Below, one piece after another: positions 1 through 6,648 of a DNA stretch of 64,000 nt (the stretch's first letter is position 1; each line of letters starts with the position of its first letter). The position numbers and the translations under genes are program-made. The notes beneath the pieces are model-generated. The model was given only the letters and a program-made list of their open reading frames with translations, ran no database searches and was not told the origin of the DNA. This stretch comes from Calditrichaceae bacterium. GTDB lineage: Bacteria > Calditrichota > Calditrichia > Calditrichales > JBFXGD01. The stretch covers positions 1 to 64,000 of the forward strand of contig JBFXLE010000003.1 of NCBI GenBank assembly GCA_050173015.1, read 5' to 3'.

Positions 1-118
1 GATGAAAAATGAACTTTTTATAATACCATGTTAAAAACAGAGCATGTAAATGTTGGATTGGTGAGAAATAATGTTCAGCTCTTTAATAAAAATATTTTTT
101 TACACTTTTATGAATTAG

Positions 119-628
119 TCAGGCTAACCATTTAATTTTTTGTAAAAGGTAAGTATAAGCTGCTTGGTAAGCTTTATCACTATGTTTTGCACTTACTAAT
201 AAAGGTACTGACTTCAGTATGTTTAATGCTTTTACACTTTTCTTTTTTAGAGCTTTTAAAAGCAAATTGTTAAATTTTGGCGCATAGTATGGGCTTAGTA
301 ATTCGATAAAATCAGGGGATTTGAAAATATATTCTTGGCGAAAATGAATAAAGAATTTAGTCTCACCAAAATAAAGGAAATTGTTAAGTTCTTTGTAATT
401 ATATAAGAAATAAAAGAATTCTACCTTATTGTTACTTTCAAAGTGATCAAAAGAGTTCAAGACTTCCGATTTAGAAAATTCGATCTTATTTATTGTAATA
501 GATTCTGTATCACTTAATTCTATTTCTGCTAATATTTTCTTTTTAGATTTTTTTATTAATAAAGAATCAAGTTGTGATAAAGAAGTCAATTGAATGTCTA
601 ATAGATCAAAGGGATTGAGATATTTCAT
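119..628 (-). CDS. Hypothetical protein in integron gene cassette (possibly 3'-truncated)
   Basis: AT-rich 169-aa ORF lying downstream of the attC R' core GTTAGTT (707-701); no attC visible after its stop within the window. Confidence 0.7.
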   Translation of the reverse strand: MKYLNPFDLLDIQLTSLSQLDSLLIKKSKKKILAEIELSDTESITINKIEFSKSEVLNSFDHFESNNKVEFFYFLYNYKELNNFLYFGETKFFIHFRQEYIFKSPDFIELLSPYYAPKFNNLLLKALKKKSVKALNILKSVPLLVSAKHSDKAYQAAYTYLLQKIKWLA

Positions 629-700
629 AAACCTGTTCCATTAGTTTGAAATGAAATTTAAGAGAACATTATCAGTAGTACAAAATGGAATATATTAAGC

Positions 701-832
701 AACTAACGGCCTGCGTTAACTCGCCCAAAACCAAGGGCCAGTGAATTCCATGTTACAATTGTACACGCCCGGAACGAAAAAATAAAAATTGACTGAACGC
801 GTTTGGGGTCGGAGTTGAAACCCTTGTTAGCA
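701..832 (-). mobile_element. attC site (132 bp)
   Basis: Minus strand: R'' TGCTAAC-AAGGG-L'' TTTCAACT ... L' AGTTAAC-GCAGGCC-R' GTTAGTT, extrahelical base in L''; begins 8 nt after the stop of the 232-aa ORF; R'' complements the cassette start GTTAGCA at 1561-1555. Confidence 0.85.
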
Positions 833-839
833 ATAAATT

Positions 840-1538
840 TTACCGACTATTTTTAATTTTATCAATATTATCATCATACCAGTTGCCCCACTTTTCAAGT
901 AAAACTTGTCCCATTATAATTTTTTCAGCATCATTGTTTTCATAGCCATCAATGAATAATTCAAGCCCCGAAATAAACTCTTTTTTATAATGATCACCAA
1001 AACCATTCAAAACTTCATTTAGTTTTTCTATATCAATTTGAACAGCTTCTTTTAAGGCATCCTTTTTAAATGAGATAACTTTATTCATAATAGTATCATC
1101 AATCAGAACAAAAGATTCACCTTGATTAAGTAATCTTGTTCCATGGTTTGAATAATCAATTGATTTTATAAAATGCTCAATATGAGATATATCTGTAGTA
1201 TTTGAAAATATATAAAAAGGAATCAGAAAGTATGAGAGAAAAATAATTATTGTGGCAAGAATTTGACTATGCTTTTTAAAGATTGAAACTAATGTCATAT
1301 ATCCAATAAATCCCACAATGAGAACAATAAATGCTGACCACCACGGATTTACGAAAAATGAAATGATAACGGAACCCCATTGACACATAAATCCTAATAC
1401 TGCTATCCACCCAGCCTTACTAATATCAAAAGCTTTACCAACCGGCCATCCTTTTTTATGTGCAATTCCTTGGTAAGATGTAACCATAAAACCACCAATA
1501 CAAGCAATCGAAAGAATCATAAATTTTGTTATATCCAT
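840..1538 (-). CDS. Cassette-encoded membrane protein (about 4 N-terminal TM helices, soluble helical C-terminal domain)
   Basis: Hydrophobic segments in first ~112 aa; RBS AAGGA; bounded by GTTAGCA...TGCTAAC cassette ends. Confidence 0.8.
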   Translation of the reverse strand: MDITKFMILSIACIGGFMVTSYQGIAHKKGWPVGKAFDISKAGWIAVLGFMCQWGSVIISFFVNPWWSAFIVLIVGFIGYMTLVSIFKKHSQILATIIIFLSYFLIPFYIFSNTTDISHIEHFIKSIDYSNHGTRLLNQGESFVLIDDTIMNKVISFKKDALKEAVQIDIEKLNEVLNGFGDHYKKEFISGLELFIDGYENNDAEKIIMGQVLLEKWGNWYDDNIDKIKNSR

Positions 1539-1554
1539 AATACTATCCTTTGGT

Positions 1555-1636
1555 TGCTAACGTAGCGGCGGATGAGCCGCAAGGCCTTGTGCGCTTGCGC
1601 TCAAAAGGACTTGCCGGTTCGATTCGCCTGATAGGC
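1555..1636 (-). mobile_element. attC-like site with non-canonical R'' (GCCTATC)
   Basis: Minus: GCCTATC-AGGCG-AATCGAACCG ... CGGCTCATCCGCC-GCTAC-GTTAGCA; A.C mismatches on this strand become G.T pairs on the opposite strand, as is typical of attC. Confidence 0.7.
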
Positions 1637-1703
1637 CGTTAGGGGCGGCCGGGAAGGCGGATTGAAAAGCCGCCGCTACGATAGGGCCGACCGTTTAGGT
1701 CGG

Positions 1704-1800
1704 TCCTATCGCTGAGCATAAGAGGATTAACCGCTTGTAGATTAATCCTTCAGGAATGCGCCATCCGGCGGTTAATTCCTACTTAATGCTGTTGTTAGCC
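1704..1800 (-). mobile_element. attC-like site with non-canonical R' (GATAGGA)
   Basis: Minus: GGCTAAC-AACAG-CATTAAGTAGGAATTAACCGC ... GCGGTTAATCCTCTTATG-CTCAGC-GATAGGA; begins just after the stop of the 260-aa ORF. Confidence 0.75.
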
Positions 1801-1811
1801 ATGCTTTTGAT

Positions 1812-2594
1812 TTATTTACAATAATTACTCATCTTTTTTAATGATAACTTAACATTGTTATGATTGGGCAACACACTATTCTTTATCAAATGTTCAAAGT
1901 TTTTATACTCTTTATTATCAAGGACTATTTTTATTGAATTTTGATATTGGGATTTGATTTGTGGAAATTTTTCATCCGCTAATAAAATGCCTGATTTTTT
2001 AATAAAATTGATTAAATCCATTGAGTAGTTATAATTATCTTTTAATGAACCTGAAACATATAAAGAATAAATATTTTCCGGAAATAAAATAACATCAAGT
2101 GGATGGTTAACCATAGTTGAGTCAATTTCTAAATTAAGAAGATTCTTTGGTTCTAAATAAACTATTAAGCCCTTTTGAAAATATTTTATCAAGTTTACCT
2201 TTTCCCCAACCTTTATAGAAATTTCCTTTATATCTAATTGATTCAAAATTTTATACGGAATTATTACATTTTGTTCAGCATTTTGATTTACAAAAGATAA
2301 TACCCAATCTTTATCTCTAAATAAATCTGAATTATCCATGAAGGAATAACCAAGAACATCAATTACAAATCTATCGTCTTTAAAATATGTAGAGATAAAA
2401 AGATCTGATGTCCAAAAAGATGTGTTCGTTGCTGTTACATCTGAAGAAAAATGAATAATAGGGTATCGTTCACCGTCAATAATTTTGGAACAAATAAAAA
2501 AATTCAATTTCTTCGGAACAATTTTTTTTGGATAAAACATTTGAGAATAGCCACATGTTATCAGAAGTAATAATGTAAAAATGAATGACTTCAT
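1812..2594 (-). CDS. Cassette-encoded exported hypothetical protein
   Basis: Signal-peptide-like start MKSFIFTLLLLITCGYSQ; AT-rich; cassette begins GTTATGCCATGC and ends GCATGGCTAAC (near-complementary ends). Confidence 0.8.
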   Translation of the reverse strand: MKSFIFTLLLLITCGYSQMFYPKKIVPKKLNFFICSKIIDGERYPIIHFSSDVTATNTSFWTSDLFISTYFKDDRFVIDVLGYSFMDNSDLFRDKDWVLSFVNQNAEQNVIIPYKILNQLDIKEISIKVGEKVNLIKYFQKGLIVYLEPKNLLNLEIDSTMVNHPLDVILFPENIYSLYVSGSLKDNYNYSMDLINFIKKSGILLADEKFPQIKSQYQNSIKIVLDNKEYKNFEHLIKNSVLPNHNNVKLSLKKMSNYCK

Positions 2595-2625
2595 TCCACT
2601 TAATTATCCTATTTTTATTTGCATG

Positions 2626-2645
2626 GCATAACATATTGATTAGAC
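2626..2645 (-). mobile_element. attI-like site
   Basis: Minus: GTCTAAT-CAATAT-GTTATGC (inverted L box, 6-nt spacer, GTTRRRY-like R box), no GC-rich attC stem upstream, first position of the array. Confidence 0.65.
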
Positions 2646-2647
2646 GC

Positions 2648-2790
2648 CTCTGATATTTATCATTTTATTCTAATATTGGAAAACTTTTTCTAAATATAGC
2701 CATTTTTTTCTAATATTAGAAAAACAAAATTGTCTAATATTAGAATAAAATCGTGTTAATTGACCGATGCTACTTTTTCTACTATTAGAA
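2648..2790. repeat. Array of palindromes, consensus TTCTAATATTAGAA
   Basis: Good copies at 2668-2681, 2708-2721, 2732-2745, 2777-2790; degenerate copies at 2648-2661 and 2688-2701; 15-bp perfect inverted repeat 2663-2677 / 2736-2750. Confidence 0.85.
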
Positions 2791-2797
2791 AAACAAC

Positions 2798-3112
2798 TCA
2801 ACCCGATACTATCCGTTCTGTCAATTCCAGCTTTTGTACTAAATCGTACCGTAATTCCCATACCTTTTCAATCTTATTCCATTTTCCACCCAGAGATTTT
2901 ACTTTAGTCCTTAAATCTGTTTCACCATAATCCACTTTGATTTTAACGATTTTGTTTTTAGGAATTTTATTTACATTTAATTCCCATGGTTGAACATCCA
3001 CAATCAGTTCGACGGGTATCATTTTTTTCTTACTACTTTCGTCATATTTATAGCGTATACATACCAGGTCTTTTCCGTATTTTTCAATCCCTTTCTTCGT
3101 ACCGGGTTGGCC
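2798..3112 (-). pseudogene. Small basic protein (GQPGTKK..YG..LVCIRYKYD..VELIVD..VKSLGGKWN..KVW), lacking its native start
   Basis: The 74-aa track ORF extends upstream in frame without a stop to TGA at 3184-3182; no ATG/GTG/TTG occurs upstream of 3022; C-terminal VKSLGGKWNKIEKVW resembles DUF5710/HARP-like motifs. Confidence 0.6.
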
Positions 3113-3221
3113 TCGAACAGCAATCTGCTTGTACTCAATATCGATATCCTTTACCCCTAACTCAAATACAGCTCCGCCATCTCACTTACATCAGCGATGT
3201 CCGGTATTTTGGTTTTGTTAT
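3113..3221 (-). pseudogene. intI: Integron integrase remnant
   Basis: In-frame peptide ELGVKDIDIEYKQIAVR matches the IntI segment after box I (RLRVKDIDFxxxQIxVR); upstream AAACCAAAATACCGGAC resembles a frameshifted N-terminal KPKLLD; catalytic region absent. Confidence 0.55.
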
Positions 3222-3259
3222 GGCTGTTTCAAAAGAAGGTCTTCATATGATCTTGTTAA

Positions 3260-3288
3260 ATAATAATGGCTGACATGAGCGTACGCAA
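3260..3288 (-). promoter_or_regulatory. Sigma70-like promoter facing the intI remnant and cassettes
   Basis: TTGCGT-17 nt-TATTAT. Confidence 0.45.
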
Positions 3289-3495
3289 TAGAAAAAAATA
3301 AAACCTAACGGATAAATCTGTACTGAAAATAAAGCGGTGGTTAAAATAGGGTCGATAGAAATTTGTACTTTTCGCGGGATCATTCGATTCGGAAATTCGT
3401 GGTTTGCTGCCAATCTTTATCTCGCGGGGTACGATCAAACCGTCCGATGGATTAATCATTTACCAACAAGCTGGCCCGGCGCGCGCCGGGGACAT

Positions 3496-3540
3496 AAAAA
3501 AAAAGGTTTACAGAATTTTCCTCAGTCCTGTAAACCCTTT
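3496..3540 (-). terminator. Rho-independent terminator after tRNA-Leu
   Basis: GGTTTACAG...CTGTAAACC stem followed by T9 on minus strand. Confidence 0.75.
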
Positions 3541-3550
3541 ATGTTTCCGG

Positions 3551-3635
3551 TACCGGAGGTCGGACTCGAACCGACACGAGGTCAACCCTCACTGGATTTT
3601 GAGTCCAGCGCGTCTACCAATTCCACCACTCCGGC
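3551..3635 (-). tRNA. tRNA-Leu(CAA)
   Basis: GCCGGAGTGGTGGAATTGGTAGAC...CTGGA-CTCAAAA-TCCAG...long variable arm...GGTTCGAGTCC; followed by CCG, not CCA; TTGACT-17-TATTTT promoter upstream (3685-3657). Confidence 0.97.
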
Positions 3636-3707
3636 AGCCTCAAATTTGAGTTGCAAAAAATAATCATTTTAAAATTAAAAGTCAAATGAGTTTATGCCTC
3701 ATTAGCA

Positions 3708-4202
3708 TTATTTCATCATCATTTTACCGCTTAATTTTTGTATGACACCCATATTGACCTCATCAAACGCCAGCACTTCGTCTCCGCCATGTTCGGAAAC
3801 AAATGTTTGCGCCGCGTTCCGTGATCCAAACGAAACCAAATCTTTCCCCATGGGACCCATCACATCGGAACCAATCACGTAATAGGCCTCTCTGGCATCT
3901 ATTTCATTGGAAGTGACAAAGTCCTTTGTGATAATTTCAGAGATCTGTCCCGGAGCTTTCGCGGAATCCAGCAGCACCGTAAACATGCATTTCGCGCTGT
4001 CAAAGTATTCTGTTCCATGGTCCGCGGATACCATCGTTTTCTCCCATACGGGATAGTCATTGGTTTTCATTCCGCAATTGGCGCAGTAATGCGTTTCTGC
4101 CGCGGCTTCATTAGAAAGATTCTCAGTTTTGGGCTCTTCCTTTTTTGAACATGCGGTTGCCATCAAAAAAATACCTGTAATAAATATCATAATGCTTCTC
4201 AT
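3708..4202 (-). CDS. NosL-family copper-binding lipoprotein
   Basis: Lipobox ATAC; CxxCGM, FDSxKCM and GPMG motifs. Confidence 0.85.
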   Translation of the reverse strand: MRSIMIFITGIFLMATACSKKEEPKTENLSNEAAAETHYCANCGMKTNDYPVWEKTMVSADHGTEYFDSAKCMFTVLLDSAKAPGQISEIITKDFVTSNEIDAREAYYVIGSDVMGPMGKDLVSFGSRNAAQTFVSEHGGDEVLAFDEVNMGVIQKLSGKMMMK

Positions 4203-4705
4203 TAGTTGACTCCTTTTGAATTGATATTATTTAACACCAGGGAGATCTGTTCTTCATCCACCCAGCCGATAATCACCCGTTCCACCCTGCCCTCTTTGCC
4301 GATAAAATAGTTGGTGGGCAGACCGCGAATTCCGAATTTTTTTGCCACTGAAGAATTTTCATCCATCAGCATCGGAAAATTCAGACCAAACTCGTCTTTA
4401 AATGACTGAACATGGGCCTGAGATTGCGCCACATTAACGGCAAGAATCTCAAAACCGTCTTTTTTATATTTCTGATATGCCTGTTCGAGTTTGGGAAACT
4501 CCGCCCGGCATTCCGAACACCAATCCGCCCAAAAATGGATTAATATCGTCTTCCCTTTGTATTCATTAAAAGTCAACGTTTCACCATCTACAGCGCGGAA
4601 CTCTATATCGGGAACGGCATCCCCTTTTACCAGATTGGCCGATTTTTCAGAACAACTCATTAGCGTTACTATAAAAATGAATACTACCGGTACTACAAAA
4701 CGCAT
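4202..4705 (-). CDS. TlpA/ResA-family thiol-disulfide oxidoreductase (lipoprotein)
   Basis: FWADWCSEC, GLPTNYFI; start moved to M10 of the track ORF (GGAG RBS, lipobox LMSC). Confidence 0.9.
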   Translation of the reverse strand: MRFVVPVVFIFIVTLMSCSEKSANLVKGDAVPDIEFRAVDGETLTFNEYKGKTILIHFWADWCSECRAEFPKLEQAYQKYKKDGFEILAVNVAQSQAHVQSFKDEFGLNFPMLMDENSSVAKKFGIRGLPTNYFIGKEGRVERVIIGWVDEEQISLVLNNINSKGVN

Positions 4706-4752
4706 TTTTTCTCCCGCCTTCATACAAATCAATAGAAACTAATAAAATAAAC

Positions 4753-4778
4753 AAAAAAAAAGGCGGGATATTCCCGCC
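4753..4778 (-). terminator. Terminator after glnA
   Basis: GGCGGGA-ATA-TCCCGCC + T9. Confidence 0.75.
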
Positions 4779-4815
4779 GTCGCTAAAAAATGATTTCATT
4801 TTAAATGTGGTATGA

Positions 4816-6189
4816 TTATAGATCGAAATAGAGTGAATACTCTACCGGACTGGGCCAGTTTGAGACCTGGTTGAATTCCAGCTCCTTCACCGATAACCAG
4901 TGACCGATCAGTCGTTCAGAGAAGATGTTGTCGCGTAGTAAAAACTTATAATCCATCTTAAGCGCTTCAAGCGCCGAATTGAGCGTGAACGGTAAATAAT
5001 TCATTTCAATATTCGGATCAAAGCCTTCAGCTTCGTAGGGTCCGAATCCTTCCTTTACCGGATCGATTTTATTGATCACCCCGTCAAGACCGGCCAGCAT
5101 AATGGTTACCAGCGCCAGATATGGATTGGCGGTCGCGTCCGGCGGGCGATACTCAAAGCGGGTTTTCTGAGCGTCTTTGATATATCTCGGGATACGTACA
5201 CAAGAAGCCCTGTTCGCTTGTCCGAAATTGATGGCCGTCGGCGCTTCCACACCGGGAACCAGCCGTTTGTATGAATTGGTGGATGGATTGGTAAACGCGC
5301 AGAGCGCCTGCGAATGTTTTAGTATTCCGCCGATATAATAGAGGGCGGTCTTGTTTAAATTGGCGTAGGCGCCTTTTTCATAGAATCCGTTTTTACCGTT
5401 TTTCATGAGATAATGATGGACATGCATCCCCGATCCGGCCTGTTTAAAAACGGGTTTTGGCATAAAGGTCAGACGCAGCCCCTTCTTCCGCGCCAGATTG
5501 TGGAGAATATATTTAGCGATGACAATCTTATCGGCGGTTGCCGGTAAGCGGTCAAAATTAACTTCAATTTCCTGCTGTCCGAGATTCCCCACCTCATGAT
5601 GATGATATTTGACTGAAATTCCGGCATCCATCAGCAATTTGGACGCTTCATCACGAAAATCATCATATTCATCCAGCGGATTGGCGATGTGATACCCGTT
5701 GGACAGAAATCCTTCTTCGGAATCAATACTGTAAAAACTATGCTGCGCGGTCGATTTAAATTGCGCTTCTTTGAATATATAGAATTCAAATTCCGGACCC
5801 CACATGGAATGATCGGCCACACCGTGTTTTTTTAACAGACCCTCCGTCGCTTCCGCCATATTTCTTAAATCAAACTGAAAAGGCGTGTTCTTATCATCGG
5901 TGTTAAATACCCGCGTGAAAAAACTCAGTGTTTTTGACTCCCTGAACGGATCGATCATCGCGGTCTTCAGATCAGGCTTCATGATCATATCGCTGTTTTC
6001 AACCTTCTGGAAACCATAACTCGATCCGTCAAACCCGACTCCGTCTTCCATCAGCCCTTTCAGAGTGTCTTCACTGTATGGCAAGGTAAGATGATGCAGA
6101 CGTCCCTGCATATCCGTGACCTTCAGATCAATGAATTCAATGGTATGCCCGTTTGTAAGCTCGGAAAAATCGATATTCAATCTTCCCAT
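4816..6189 (-). CDS. glnA: Glutamine synthetase type I
   Basis: FDGSS, GPEFEFY, HHHEV, FMPKP, GSGMHVH, NSYKRLVPG, FEYRPPD; start at M20 of track ORF (GAGGT RBS). Confidence 0.95.
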   Translation of the reverse strand: MGRLNIDFSELTNGHTIEFIDLKVTDMQGRLHHLTLPYSEDTLKGLMEDGVGFDGSSYGFQKVENSDMIMKPDLKTAMIDPFRESKTLSFFTRVFNTDDKNTPFQFDLRNMAEATEGLLKKHGVADHSMWGPEFEFYIFKEAQFKSTAQHSFYSIDSEEGFLSNGYHIANPLDEYDDFRDEASKLLMDAGISVKYHHHEVGNLGQQEIEVNFDRLPATADKIVIAKYILHNLARKKGLRLTFMPKPVFKQAGSGMHVHHYLMKNGKNGFYEKGAYANLNKTALYYIGGILKHSQALCAFTNPSTNSYKRLVPGVEAPTAINFGQANRASCVRIPRYIKDAQKTRFEYRPPDATANPYLALVTIMLAGLDGVINKIDPVKEGFGPYEAEGFDPNIEMNYLPFTLNSALEALKMDYKFLLRDNIFSERLIGHWLSVKELEFNQVSNWPSPVEYSLYFDL

Positions 6190-6359
6190 AATTACCTCGT
6201 GTTTAGTAACTGTTTTCTGTATAAATACTGTAAATTTTTTATTCAACCCCGACAGGCGGCCCGCTTTCGTGTTGGAATTGCTAACATAATTAAAATATTC
6301 ACAATTTCATATACGAATCAAGTGTTGTCTGATATTTTTATATCATGCGGGAATCAGTA

Positions 6360-6388
6360 AGACAAAGGGAAAATTTTTCCGCTTGTCT
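6360..6388. promoter_or_regulatory. 29-bp imperfect palindrome, candidate regulator site
   Basis: AGACAA-AG-GGAAAA-T-TTTTCC-GC-TTGTCT; related GGAACAAATTTTCC at 6459-6472. Confidence 0.5.
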
Positions 6389-6567
6389 GGTTTTTAATGG
6401 AGAATTTAGTGGATTGATTACGGTTTATCGGATTTAATTAAAAAGATTTACAGAAAAAGGAACAAATTTTCCGGATATGAATTGAAGTCTATAATATCAA
6501 TAATGAGAACGATTGTCTTGTTATTGATTTATGTTTGAAAGTTGCATAAGAACATCCACACTCCTCC

Positions 6568-6603
6568 AAATAGCCGTTTTTACTTGTAAAGACGGCTATT
6601 TTT
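6568..6603. terminator. Hairpin terminator (T-rich tails possible on both strands)
   Basis: AAATAGCCGT...ACGGCTATTTTT. Confidence 0.7.
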
Positions 6604-6648
6604 ATTTCAATAAACTTTTCAATGGATAAAATTCAAAAACGGAATGAA

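Noticed and set aside
2648-2790. Possible mini-CRISPR array
   Set aside because: Repeats are 14 bp with 6-31 nt gaps, too short and irregular; no cas genes
2670-2861. 63-aa ORF with repeated FSN(I/S)RK peptides
   Set aside because: It is a translation of the palindrome array, overlaps the real frame and has no RBS
2986-3663. Short ORFs 2986-3273, 3256-3459, 3337-3663, 3404-3649
   Set aside because: They are antisense to the pseudogenes or overlap the tRNA and terminator, with no recognisable motifs
6267-6300. Sigma-54-like TCGTGTTGGAATTGC and dif-like TTATGTTAGC
   Set aside because: The -24 GG is missing; the XerD-arm match is poor and there is no XerC arm
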